A DNA stretch of 64,000 bases. Origin: a virus (Duplodnaviria; Caudoviricetes). Under the pieces are notes generated by a model. The model saw only the letters and a program-made list of their open reading frames with translations. It made no database searches and was not told the DNA's origin. This document shows, one piece after another, positions 9,960-19,516 of this stretch. The translations under genes and the position numbers were made by a program. Where the stretch lies: positions 32,001 to 96,000 of the IMG/VR virus record IMGVR_UViG_3300037067_026010, one strand, 5' to 3'. Position 1 is the first letter of the stretch. Each line of letters starts with the position of its first letter.

Positions 9960-10111
9960 GGCAAGGGTCTCCGGGTGAGAACGAAAATTTTACGAACTTT
10001 TGCGTAATTTACGGTCGGCGCACTTGTGGCAAGTTGGACAACATACGCGGTAGCTCGCTGGGAGACTTAGTACTGCATGGCGTACATTGTCCGAATTGTC
10101 AAAGAGCAGGT

Positions 10112-10149
10112 CTCGGACCTGGCGTCGTAAGTGCAACGCCAGGTCCGAG
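10112..10149. other. Perfect 14-bp stem-loop downstream of the capsid gene
   Basis: CTCGGACCTGGCGT-(10 nt)-ACGCCAGGTCCGAG. Confidence 0.7.
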
Positions 10150-10205
10150 GTAGGCATGTGTCCGAAATGTGCCATTCAAACGGTTAGGCACATTGATTGG
10201 CTTGC

Positions 10206-11135
10206 TCAACTGAAGTCTGCGCGGGCGATACCGCCGGAATGCCCGATGGCGCCACCGCAAGTCTCATAAGAAAAGAATTCGAGCATGAATGCTTCTCTTT
10301 TGACGTACATAGTGGTGTCTTCCAGCAGATACGATTTCCCGATAAATTTCGGGTCCGCGAACATGAAAATCGTGTCGTCGGGAACCAGATCGCGTTTGAT
10401 CGTGATAACCCAGGTGCAACCGAGGAAGTTGACCTCGGCCCAGCCGTTCTTGACGATATCTTGCGAGAAATCGCCGCCCATCTCGTCACGGCCGAACTTC
10501 ATCGGTTCCTTGATCGTGACATTGTTGATGAGGCAGGTGTGCACTTCGAGGTGCGACGGTCCGCGCGGCATGATTTTGAGCATGTCGCACAGCGATTCAC
10601 GCGTGATGCCGCCTTCGATGGTTTCCCATTGAACCTGGTTGCCGTTGTACGGCACCGGAACGTCGGGACCGATCATTACCGCGTTGCACGCGGTAATATA
10701 TTTAGAATCTTCTTCCGCCAGCATGTCCTTTATGGCATTGTCCGAAAGGACTTGGCGGATATCCATGACCCACGTACGCAATTCGTCGACGTCCTTCGTG
10801 AATCGCGGTGTAACGATTCGGTCGAACATGACGCGGTAGCGCGGGCCGCGGATGTAGATATTGATCGGCAGCGTGGCGAACGGGATCGAAATCGCTGCGG
10901 GGGAGTCCGGTTCTTTATCGACGACTTTAACCGGCTTGTCGGTATCGACTTGACGGTCAAGTTCGTCGTTGCTGAGCTGGAGCGGCGGCAAAATACGACG
11001 GTAAAAACCGTCTTCACGCATCTTGGTGCGCGTGAAGTCGTTGACCGCGTCGATGGCCTGTTTCTCCATGCCCGGCGTCGAGAGCTGCTCAAACAAAGTC
11101 TCGTTGAGCAGTTGCGTATCGGCTCGAGAAGCCAT
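10206..11135 (-). CDS. Major capsid protein (HK97 fold)
   Basis: About 309 aa from ATG 11135 (GGAGG RBS); RTKMREDGFYRRILPP...DIRQVLSDNAIKDMLAEEDSKY has the HK97-type spine-helix pattern; follows the protease, scaffold and decoration genes. Confidence 0.85.
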   Translation of the reverse strand: MASRADTQLLNETLFEQLSTPGMEKQAIDAVNDFTRTKMREDGFYRRILPPLQLSNDELDRQVDTDKPVKVVDKEPDSPAAISIPFATLPINIYIRGPRYRVMFDRIVTPRFTKDVDELRTWVMDIRQVLSDNAIKDMLAEEDSKYITACNAVMIGPDVPVPYNGNQVQWETIEGGITRESLCDMLKIMPRGPSHLEVHTCLINNVTIKEPMKFGRDEMGGDFSQDIVKNGWAEVNFLGCTWVITIKRDLVPDDTIFMFADPKFIGKSYLLEDTTMYVKREAFMLEFFSYETCGGAIGHSGGIARADFS

Positions 11136-11224
11136 GGGCTTAACCTCCATGTTGGTGTCAAAGCGCCCGTAATGAGCGCTGGGCTAACGGATTGAACAAA
11201 TAATGTGGCTTGAGCTACGGCCTA

Positions 11225-11791
11225 TCAGGCGTAAGCGCCGGGCAGCCAGACCGGCCAAAAGTCGAGTACGTAAACACCGTGACTGTTGCGGAACGCGCCG
11301 TCGGCGACGACACCGCACACGGGGTCGACGAACTGTTGTACGTCACCATTCACCCCCGTCCCTACGTTGGTGAGCACACCGCCGGTGGCCAACGTGGTGT
11401 TGGCTACGGTGGCCGTCAGCAAATCGCCGGTGACGTAGGATTGCGTGGCGTCGAATTCGGTCGACTGGATTTCATAGCCGCCCGTGGCGACCAGGCCCGA
11501 CATAACGCCGGTGGGGGCAATGGCCTGTTGCATGAACAGCCCGCTTGCCGTGGTACCGGGATTGGCCACGTCGAAGTCGTTGCTGGCTTGCAAGAGGAAA
11601 ATGGCCATGTCCGTTTGGCCGACACCGGTTTCGAATTCACCGGCGCTATTCAGGTGGACCACGCGGCCCGCCGGAAGGTCAAACGTCACGTTGGCGGACA
11701 ATTTCGCCGATTTATCGAGAGCCGCCGGTTGGAACCACCCCTTCGGGACGTCCAAACCGTGCTCGAACATAAGTCCAGGAGTTGCAGGCAT
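11225..11791 (-). CDS. Head decoration/cement protein
   Basis: 188 aa, Gly/Thr-rich (AGRVVHLNSAGEFETG...YVTGDLLTA...CGVV), directly upstream of the MCP. Confidence 0.65.
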   Translation of the reverse strand: MPATPGLMFEHGLDVPKGWFQPAALDKSAKLSANVTFDLPAGRVVHLNSAGEFETGVGQTDMAIFLLQASNDFDVANPGTTASGLFMQQAIAPTGVMSGLVATGGYEIQSTEFDATQSYVTGDLLTATVANTTLATGGVLTNVGTGVNGDVQQFVDPVCGVVADGAFRNSHGVYVLDFWPVWLPGAYA

Positions 11792-11851
11792 TGGATAAAA
11801 CCTCCATGTCTATGGTGTACGGGAATTCAAACTCCCGCTTTTCGCTATGAA

Positions 11852-12277
11852 TTAAACCGTCGGCGGTGCCAAACCGAGCCGACGGAACAGGTTCACGTCT
11901 GATTGCTTGACCCGGGTGCTGCGCTGGCCGACATACGGGTTGCTCAGGGATGCGCCGGGATCGTAAGCGGCGGTCTTTAATTGACCGTCGGCCGGTTCGC
12001 CCAGCCGCTGTTCGCCGGCGTTGCGGTGCTGTGCCACATGGGCCAGCAACTCCAGCGCCTTGACCGGATCGGCCAGGGTGGCCGCGGCCTTTTCGCGTTG
12101 CTCCGGGAGAATCCGCTCGTTTTCGACCAAAGCGTCGACAACGCCGGGGATAAGGGCCTGGCAAGCCGCTTTAACACGGTCCGTTTGGGCTATGGCCGCT
12201 GCCGCTTTTTCCAGAGCCGCCGAGGAATAACCGATGTGCTCCACGATCTTTTCGGGAAGCGTAAGTTGGGTAGCCAT
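11852..12277 (-). CDS. Scaffold-like head protein
   Basis: 141 aa, helical, with EKAAA and LKTAA motifs. Confidence 0.55.
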   Translation of the reverse strand: MATQLTLPEKIVEHIGYSSAALEKAAAAIAQTDRVKAACQALIPGVVDALVENERILPEQREKAAATLADPVKALELLAHVAQHRNAGEQRLGEPADGQLKTAAYDPGASLSNPYVGQRSTRVKQSDVNLFRRLGLAPPTV

Positions 12278-12347
12278 TCAAAAATCCTCCATGATCAAAG
12301 GCCGTGCTAATCCGTCCCTCGATTGCTTTTACAAGAGAAAGGATGCG

Positions 12348-13571
12348 TTATGACAGGCGCAATAATTCGCGGATCGTTGCTTTCATGCTGTCGCGGAGAT
12401 CCCGCGCACGTTTTGTGCTGGCGGCCTTGATCTGATAACGGCCGGAACGCTTGAAGGCAATAACGCGTTGCGCGGCGAGTTTCAGGCCTTCGGCCGGTCC
12501 GGCGCCACCGGCATCGGGTGTAGGCACAGCAGGTCCTGCCGGCGGAATTTCCGGGGCGGGTTCCGGATTGCCTGCGGCCGGGTTGGCTGCGGCCGCTTCG
12601 GCCAAAGCTTCCGGCGGAATGCCCAACTCCTCGAGAGCTGCGGCAAGTTCCTGCAAGGCCTCTTCCTCGGACGGCTGTGCCGGAGCAGCGGGTGCACCGC
12701 CGAGACCAGCATCTCCGCCGCCTCCGCCGGCACCGAGAAGTGCACCAAGATCGCCGGCACCTGCTTCAGGGGGCGGCGCGCCAGCACCAGCCTCGGGCGG
12801 TGGTCCGCCGGCATCGACGGGCACCGTCGGGTCACGCGGCTTGTCATCCGCCTCGGCTTCCGCCGCCTTTTTGCAGTATTCCGTATAGTATCCGCCGAAG
12901 AGATCGGCGTCGGTGTGGGCGTCACGAATGGTTTGTGCGAGGCAATCCTCGACGGTTTTTTGGGCAGCCGTCTTTTGCAGGCCAAGCACGGTTGCTAACT
13001 CGTATCCGGCTTGCGCGGCGGCGTCCGCTGCGGATGGCGCAACCGTGGCGGGCGCAGTCGCTTGTTTTTGCAAGCGTTCCCCGAAGCCGTTGGCGAGATC
13101 CGCCAAAATATCGTTTGCCAGCGCCGCGGCCTTGGAACGTCCGGCGGCAAAGCTGACGGAGCTGTACTTTTCGCCGTCTTCAGCGTTGGCGGGATGCGTG
13201 GTACCGGGGTCGTCCTTCGTGCCCTTGTAGGCGTCTTCCGTGGACGGGTCTTCGCCGGTTGGTGATTTGGTGGTGCCGATCTGCACTTGTTGATCCTGGG
13301 ATTCGCCAGGTTTTGCTTCCGACATGCTGTCGACGCCCGGTGCGCCCTGATCTTTTTTCACGTCCGCCGCGTTTTCGGTGGAGCGCGCGCCCTCAGTGGC
13401 GTTCTGCACGTTATTGTCCACGTCCTTAACGGGATGCGTGGTATCGCCTTGATAGCCGCCGGGATCATCGGGCGTAGCGGCTGTTTTTGAACGCGCGGCC
13501 GCCTGCTTTTGCACCTGAATTTCCTCGGTCATAGCATGCAGGGCTGCGAAGAGGCTCGTTTTTTGACTCAT
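12348..13571 (-). CDS. Scaffold/prohead core-like protein
   Basis: 407 aa, acidic and low-complexity, with many KxA motifs; between the protease and the MCP; AAGGAG RBS. Confidence 0.6.
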   Translation of the reverse strand: MSQKTSLFAALHAMTEEIQVQKQAAARSKTAATPDDPGGYQGDTTHPVKDVDNNVQNATEGARSTENAADVKKDQGAPGVDSMSEAKPGESQDQQVQIGTTKSPTGEDPSTEDAYKGTKDDPGTTHPANAEDGEKYSSVSFAAGRSKAAALANDILADLANGFGERLQKQATAPATVAPSAADAAAQAGYELATVLGLQKTAAQKTVEDCLAQTIRDAHTDADLFGGYYTEYCKKAAEAEADDKPRDPTVPVDAGGPPPEAGAGAPPPEAGAGDLGALLGAGGGGGDAGLGGAPAAPAQPSEEEALQELAAALEELGIPPEALAEAAAANPAAGNPEPAPEIPPAGPAVPTPDAGGAGPAEGLKLAAQRVIAFKRSGRYQIKAASTKRARDLRDSMKATIRELLRLS

Positions 13572-13617
13572 TGGTATGTCACTCCTTTGACAGGTTGGGC
13601 AGGCAGTCGTTACTGCA

Positions 13618-15081
13618 TTAGCTAGTACGATTATGCAGCATGGCCGCTTTTGCCGTCAAGATGAACTCGGATTCCGGAACGCTTGCGGCGTACGCGAGCG
13701 TATACAGTGCATATTCTTCCGCGAGCCGTTCGGCGGCGTCGCGTGGTTGTGCGAGCTTTACCAGATCTGGCGAACGTAGCGGCGCCGGCTCGTTGCGCAG
13801 CGCAGCTCTAATGCTGCGTTGCTGCAGGCCAGCCTCCGTCCAAGCGTAATCTTCCGCCTGTTTTTGCGCCCACAATCTGAACTGGGCATTCGTTGCATTG
13901 GCGGGCAGATACGGGTTGTGCTCGACGCGCTCGACGAAGTCCGGTCGGGCAATCAGGCGGGAGTAGATGCCCGGTAAATGCGGTCGGATAGCCCCTGCGA
14001 TCTTTTCCGAATTGCCACCGAGCATCGCCGACAAAAATTGCTCGAGAGGCCAGCAGATGCGCACGTCCGTCAAGGCCCGTAACACGGATGCAAATTTTTC
14101 TTGAAACAGCGGTGGCAGTGTCGGCAGTGCGGCCTCGCTGTGGACAGAGGCTGCAAATGCCATATCCACGTCCTGTTGTTCCATATCCACGAGTTGGTGG
14201 GCTGCCTTGAGCATACGGCGAACGATCGCAGGGTGCCGTGCTTCAATGCACAGGTCGTATGGCATGGTGACACCGAGACGCTCCGCCAATTCCGCTCCCG
14301 AGATGCAACTGGCAGATGCCGCCTTCAGCAATCCGGTCACGTAGGCAATGCGGTCGGCCGGGCGAAATACGTGTGAAATGTCAAAAAAGGTACCGTCGGG
14401 ATTATCCGCGTGCAGGTGATGCAATACGGATTGGCCGTCTTTCTCCATCTCGACCAGTTCGCCGATGTGGTGCTTTAAACCACCGGCCTTGCAGTGACCG
14501 CCATGGTCGATATGGTTGCAATACTCGGCACGCGTGGCAGCCTTATTGTAACACCAGCTGCACTGATCAAACGGGACGCGGATGGCCATCGATACCGGCA
14601 GTTCTTCATTCTTGGCCAGCTTTTCGAGTTCTTTGTCGGCTACCAAGCCGCCGTTGCGTCGCGCGGCCTCTTTTGAGCCGTTCAGCGCCACAAGTAATTC
14701 CACGCGGCGCATGGCCTCGTTGTATGCCGAGGCCTTTACGATCCCGTAGCTTTTCGAGGGATCTTTATTTTGATGATCCCGGTAAAACCTGGCGTGTTTT
14801 ACGAAGGTGGGGTGGCAACGGCGAAGCATCGCCGCGAGGAAGCCGTCGCCATTCCGGTTCGGGCCTACACCTTCCGTCGCACCCATTGCCAACAGGTGGA
14901 CCAGCGGTTCATCCGCCGCCGTTTTGATATGCAACAACTGTTCGAACAATGCAGTCGAAGCCCGCTTTTCCAAAATGCCGCGATCAGCACCGATCAGGCC
15001 ACGGCTGGAGATCTTCACCAGCTGCACGATAGGCTCTGCGAAACTCTGCGAACCACTGTCGATAAGCTTGATCATGCTCAT
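13618..15081 (-). CDS. Prohead (capsid maturation) protease, HK97/assemblin fold with Cys/His insert
   Basis: NRNGDGF, FYRDHQNKD (His), LPVSMAIRV (Ser), CSWC...YCNH, FFDISHVFRPAD; start ATG 15081 overlaps the upstream stop (ATGA). Confidence 0.8.
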   Translation of the reverse strand: MSMIKLIDSGSQSFAEPIVQLVKISSRGLIGADRGILEKRASTALFEQLLHIKTAADEPLVHLLAMGATEGVGPNRNGDGFLAAMLRRCHPTFVKHARFYRDHQNKDPSKSYGIVKASAYNEAMRRVELLVALNGSKEAARRNGGLVADKELEKLAKNEELPVSMAIRVPFDQCSWCYNKAATRAEYCNHIDHGGHCKAGGLKHHIGELVEMEKDGQSVLHHLHADNPDGTFFDISHVFRPADRIAYVTGLLKAASASCISGAELAERLGVTMPYDLCIEARHPAIVRRMLKAAHQLVDMEQQDVDMAFAASVHSEAALPTLPPLFQEKFASVLRALTDVRICWPLEQFLSAMLGGNSEKIAGAIRPHLPGIYSRLIARPDFVERVEHNPYLPANATNAQFRLWAQKQAEDYAWTEAGLQQRSIRAALRNEPAPLRSPDLVKLAQPRDAAERLAEEYALYTLAYAASVPESEFILTAKAAMLHNRTS

Positions 15082-15941
15082 TGTGGGGCTCCGGCATTTT
15101 GTGCAGCTGCTCGGGCGGCAGCTTCGGCATTGGCCTGATGGCGTAAGTACTCCTCTGTGGCGCCCAGCGCAAAACCCAGCCACGGTACGCGCCGTAATGC
15201 ACGCACGCCTGGTATCTTGCTAAACATGCCCTGTGATGCCGCACGGCGCGCGGCGGTATCCAAAGCTCGTGCTTGCGCGGGTGATAATGCTGCAGGCCGT
15301 CCGCGCAGTCGATCCATGAGCCGCTCGCGCCAAGTCGCACTGTTTATCGACGTGGCCAGTCTACGGCTTTCCAGAGGTATTGCCCCCGGGGCGGTATCCA
15401 GTTCTTTAATAATCTGCTCGGTCGGCAGCGAGCGTATTCGACCCGCGCGTCCGAGATGCGTCGTCGCTGCGGACACGGCCGGACGCGCCGCCAGTTGGAT
15501 GCCGGCGCCGGCAACGCCGCCGGCTAAAGCCTGCTCTGCTCCTGTGGCTCTGGCCAGCGGGCTGTATAGTCCGAATGCGCCAGGTTCGACTTTCGGCGGT
15601 GGTGCGTTTGCCGTCTGCGGATTTGGCAGAGTGTGCCCTAATAAAGTACCGCCCGCGCCCAAGGCTCCGCCGGAAATCAACCCGCGCATGGCGCCGCGTC
15701 GCGCAGCTTCTCCGGTGTCTTCGTCTTCGTCGGCGTGCAGAGCACCCAGGAGTGCGCCGCCGCCAGCGCCCAAGCCGGCACCGATTAAAGCATTTCGCAG
15801 CGCGCCTTCCGCCGGGGTTTTACCCAAAAGCGTTTCGCGCCAACCCGCCGCAAACTTTGCAAAGCCTCCGATGGCTTGGCTGGCCATACGCCGTTTCGCG
15901 AGAAGCTCTGCGGCAGTGTCTAGGGATATGTTTTCCAACAT
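15078..15941 (-). CDS. Glycine-zipper membrane protein, putative virion internal protein
   Basis: NALIGAGLGAGGGALLG and GLISGGALGAGG; AKFAA site near the N-terminus. Confidence 0.6.
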   Translation of the reverse strand: MLENISLDTAAELLAKRRMASQAIGGFAKFAAGWRETLLGKTPAEGALRNALIGAGLGAGGGALLGALHADEDEDTGEAARRGAMRGLISGGALGAGGTLLGHTLPNPQTANAPPPKVEPGAFGLYSPLARATGAEQALAGGVAGAGIQLAARPAVSAATTHLGRAGRIRSLPTEQIIKELDTAPGAIPLESRRLATSINSATWRERLMDRLRGRPAALSPAQARALDTAARRAASQGMFSKIPGVRALRRVPWLGFALGATEEYLRHQANAEAAARAAAQNAGAPQ

Positions 15942-15951
15942 AGGCTCATTC

Positions 15952-18030
15952 CTAAAACAGTTTTAGGGTGCTTTCCGGTTTCGGCGCGGCAGGTGCAGAC
16001 AACGGATCGTCTGGATTGCGGTACTGGTTCATCGCCTCGCTGTGAATATCCAGTTTATCTTCCAGAATGGCACGCGCCGCATCCGGATCCGGCATGCCGG
16101 CCACCTGTCTGGATAGTTGTTCCGTACGCAATGGGTGCAGCTCCTGGCGTTGTTGTGCCTCTTCGCGGCGCCAACCGTGCGCCTCCGTCTGCTGCTGCAA
16201 CGCTGCTTGTTCGCGCTCCTCGCGGGCACGCCGTCTCTCTGCTTCTTCCGAGGCCCAACCGTGCTGTTCGGTACGTTGTCCGTGTTCCGTAACGTCGCGT
16301 CCTTCCTGTACGGCTTTGCGTTTTGCCTCTTCCTCCCGTCGCCGATCTTCCGGAGTAGTAACGACATTACCGGTGGTAGGGTCGTACGTTTTGCCGCCCG
16401 CCTCGAGCTGCCGTTGTGCCAGCTCCTGCGCGGCCTGCACGCGGTTTGCCTCGTTGTGGCCGAGCATTTCTTGTAATTTCTTCTCTTCGAGTTGCCGCAG
16501 CACGTTGTCGCGGGCAATCTGGTCCCGCCGCTGTTGCGTATGCAGCCCGTATTCCGCAGCATGCAGCTGATGCTCGCGCTCGCGCTGTGCCCGCTCGTGC
16601 CGCAGACGTTCGCGGTCCAATTTCAACCGGTCGCTTTCGGACATCTGCCGCGACCTGAACTGTGCTTGGCCTTGCGCCATCTCGCGCATTTTCAATTCGC
16701 TGCCGCTCGGTTCGCGGCCCGCCCGCAGTTTTTCGCTCATATTCAACAACTGGTCGACTTCATGCGTATCCAGATCTCCGCCCAGCTTTTTCTTGAGGAG
16801 TGGCCGGATGAGCAGCATCTGGTCGGCCGCTTGCGGCGCGGCATCTACGATTTCGTTATAAGCCGCCAATACCTCGTCCGGATCGTGCCCGGCAATGTCC
16901 GGGTCGTTTTGCATCAAGTACTGTAGCAGCGCTTCCGACCGTACATCGCGCAGTTCCTGCTCATACTTCGGATCTGTCAGTTCCTGATATGCCCGCTGCA
17001 CTTGCTCAGAAGGCGGTGCGCCTTGCAGGGTGCGGGCCAACTGTGTCGTCGCTTGATTTATCGTGCTTTCCCCGCTGCCAAAGGGCATAAAAGCCCACGC
17101 CTGTTTTTCAGTCGAAGGACCATCGAGTACAGACGCGCACCGGGGCCCGCCGGCAAAAGGGGCGAGCAGGACCTCGGCCTGCTGTGCATTGGTCTTTGCG
17201 GTGCTTAAATACCGCGCCTGGGCTTCTTTGTAGTGGGTAATATCCGTCAACAGCCGTTCGACAAGGTCGTATGCCGGCCCTCGCGCCGACAAATCCTGCC
17301 GTGAACAGATTCCGCGGCGATGCTGCGCCATCTTCGCCAGTCCGGGAGTGACATTCAGCAATTGTTCGAAAACTTGTCCGACTTTTTCGCCGTGCAGCAA
17401 CACGGCGTTGTCGCGTACTACGGGTATCGGCACGCAGTCGGGCCTACGGAAGTAATCCGTCAATTCGCAGAAGGTGTAACCCATCTTGTCAAAAGCCGCG
17501 GCGGCCTGCCTGCGCAGTTCTTCCGTGGCGGTCTGCAACCGTCGGGCACCGGCTGCGGCCTTGCACATGGCCGCGGCGGGATCGGTCGGCAGGCTCTCCG
17601 GCTTTGCACCCATGCTCCAATCCGGTTGACGTGCTTGTTTTTCGCGGGCGGCCTTGCGCGCCAGCACGCCAGCCGGAGAAAGCGCGTATTCTGTGGACAC
17701 GGTGCAGGCATGATGCTGGGCCGACGCGGTCTTGGCAGTCGTCGGATACATTAGTTCCAGCACTTCTCCCGTATCGGCGAGGTCAAAGTCCGCCGCCTTT
17801 TCTTGTACGGTCGTCCCCAGCTTGCGCTGTTGATTGGTACGCCCGGTATTGTAGGCATAAACGAGCTGAGCAATGTGCCCGGCCGGCACACCCTGGGCCA
17901 TCGCCGACTTGGCGATAGCGGCATTCGGGTGCGTACCCGCATTAACGGCTTCTGCGATCTTTTCGAGAGTCGCGAGTAACCGTGCTTCAGCTTCCTTGCT
18001 CAAGGCTTTGCTCATCGGTGCACCTTTCAT
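15952..18030 (-). CDS. Large helical head/internal protein with multiple KxA sites
   Basis: 692 aa containing SKEA, EKAA, AKTAS, EKQA and AKMA; Q/E/R-rich coiled C-terminus. Confidence 0.7.
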   Translation of the reverse strand: MKGAPMSKALSKEAEARLLATLEKIAEAVNAGTHPNAAIAKSAMAQGVPAGHIAQLVYAYNTGRTNQQRKLGTTVQEKAADFDLADTGEVLELMYPTTAKTASAQHHACTVSTEYALSPAGVLARKAAREKQARQPDWSMGAKPESLPTDPAAAMCKAAAGARRLQTATEELRRQAAAAFDKMGYTFCELTDYFRRPDCVPIPVVRDNAVLLHGEKVGQVFEQLLNVTPGLAKMAQHRRGICSRQDLSARGPAYDLVERLLTDITHYKEAQARYLSTAKTNAQQAEVLLAPFAGGPRCASVLDGPSTEKQAWAFMPFGSGESTINQATTQLARTLQGAPPSEQVQRAYQELTDPKYEQELRDVRSEALLQYLMQNDPDIAGHDPDEVLAAYNEIVDAAPQAADQMLLIRPLLKKKLGGDLDTHEVDQLLNMSEKLRAGREPSGSELKMREMAQGQAQFRSRQMSESDRLKLDRERLRHERAQREREHQLHAAEYGLHTQQRRDQIARDNVLRQLEEKKLQEMLGHNEANRVQAAQELAQRQLEAGGKTYDPTTGNVVTTPEDRRREEEAKRKAVQEGRDVTEHGQRTEQHGWASEEAERRRAREEREQAALQQQTEAHGWRREEAQQRQELHPLRTEQLSRQVAGMPDPDAARAILEDKLDIHSEAMNQYRNPDDPLSAPAAPKPESTLKLF
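17199..17214 (-). repeat. 16-bp motif, 1-mismatch copy (reverse orientation, intragenic)
   Basis: Plus strand cggtgcttaaataccg versus cggtgcttaattaccg. Confidence 0.7.
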
Positions 18031-19004
18031 TAAGGCGTTGGCAATGCGACATTCGGCGGCACAGGGAACGTCAAGTCCTGCAAGCTTTCCGCTTCCAGCA
18101 GCGGTTGGCCTACTGCGCCTCGTAAATTTTCTTCGAAAGTAAGCTCGATGGCGCTTGTACGGTATTGTGCCGTCAACCCGCGCGCCACGCGCGCATGCTT
18201 GTTGCGTGGATCTCGGCCCGACACATCGAACGGCAACTGCGACATCATCGCCGAAACGTGCTCCATCAGCTGGCTTTCCGCCTTTTGCGTACTGTCGCTG
18301 GACCGCTCCACGTCCACGAACGCCGTAAACGCATTGATCAGGTCCATCTGCGTCTCGGCATTAACGTTCACAGTCTTGGCAGCCAGCATGGCCTTCAGCT
18401 TCAGGGTACTGATGGCGTCGCTCTCAATCGCGGCGCTGACACCGTCCGGATTATCGACCCACACGGGATTCACAAATCGCTGCGATAGCGCCGCGAACAT
18501 TTCCGGACCGTAAAAGTAGGCATACAGCTTCCAGAGCAGCGAGGGGTTATCCGCCTGAAAGCCACCGCGCACTGCCTGCCGCAAAATGCATTTTACCACC
18601 AACTCCGTGTGCAGCAGCCTGTCGCGCACGTTAAAAAATACGCCTTCGTATGCCTCGACCACGCGGGGATCCAGGCCACAACGAAAACCTATGCTCCGGT
18701 CGCTCTCGCGGGCCAGGATTAAGGCGTCGACCGTCCAGTGCAACGGCCCGTCATCCTGCCACAAGTCGTACGCCCAGTATAGTGCGGCGCGCCCGCGGCG
18801 CTCGGATAGCTGATACTTCTCTAGGGGCGTCGTACAGGCTTGGTACTCCGTATGGAAGCGCATTGCCGCCTTGACCCACTTGTGGCCACGCGGACCGTCG
18901 CGTTGCATACTCGCCGCCGGCTGCAGGCCGTCTAAAATGCCGATTGCTCGGAGCCACCGCCATTCCGGCATACGTTGTGCATTGTGGAAATTACATTCGT
19001 CCAT
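18030..19004 (-). CDS. Hypothetical protein
   Basis: 324 aa, tightly packed in the operon. Confidence 0.75.
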   Translation of the reverse strand: MDECNFHNAQRMPEWRWLRAIGILDGLQPAASMQRDGPRGHKWVKAAMRFHTEYQACTTPLEKYQLSERRGRAALYWAYDLWQDDGPLHWTVDALILARESDRSIGFRCGLDPRVVEAYEGVFFNVRDRLLHTELVVKCILRQAVRGGFQADNPSLLWKLYAYFYGPEMFAALSQRFVNPVWVDNPDGVSAAIESDAISTLKLKAMLAAKTVNVNAETQMDLINAFTAFVDVERSSDSTQKAESQLMEHVSAMMSQLPFDVSGRDPRNKHARVARGLTAQYRTSAIELTFEENLRGAVGQPLLEAESLQDLTFPVPPNVALPTP

Positions 19005-19019
19005 CGTAAAAACATGTCG

Positions 19020-19499
19020 TCAAATCGTTATCGGCAATTCGATTTCCAGGGCAAATTCCCAACCCGTCGCGGCACTGCCGGCAGGCGTGATTCCGAGGTA
19101 CAAACGCCGTTTGCGGTTCGTGGGTCCGCCGCCGTCGCGGTTTTGATAGGGGTACTGCGTGTCTTCGCCGTATTCCGTGTACAGACCGGTTGATCCCGTA
19201 TACGTCTTCTGGCCGAAGACCGAATACATGGCGCGGTTGCCGAAAATGGCCACGTCGTCCGTCAGTTCCAGCGGCTCCGACGGGTGATCCGGCACTTGTT
19301 GGCTGGCTTCTTCGAATAGCGACGTCCCTATGCAGGATTCCGCAGTAAACACTTCGAATGTCGCGTCGACCGCAGCGCCGCCCACCTGCATCAGGCGTAT
19401 TGCCCGGATCGTGCCGCGGCTCGGCACTTTAAGTACGATGAACGTCTCGACGCCACCCTCGGCCTCAAACTTGAACGGCCCGGCACTGTAAGGAATCAT
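19020..19499 (-). CDS. Hypothetical protein (beta-rich)
   Basis: 159 aa with GAGG RBS. Confidence 0.7.
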   Translation of the reverse strand: MIPYSAGPFKFEAEGGVETFIVLKVPSRGTIRAIRLMQVGGAAVDATFEVFTAESCIGTSLFEEASQQVPDHPSEPLELTDDVAIFGNRAMYSVFGQKTYTGSTGLYTEYGEDTQYPYQNRDGGGPTNRKRRLYLGITPAGSAATGWEFALEIELPITI

Positions 19500-19516
19500 A
19501 GATGACCTCGTTATAA

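Noticed and set aside
11971-11987. CGGTCTTTAATTGACCG, resembling the 16-bp motif
   Set aside because: Different length and several mismatches; explained by coding sequence (GQLKTA).
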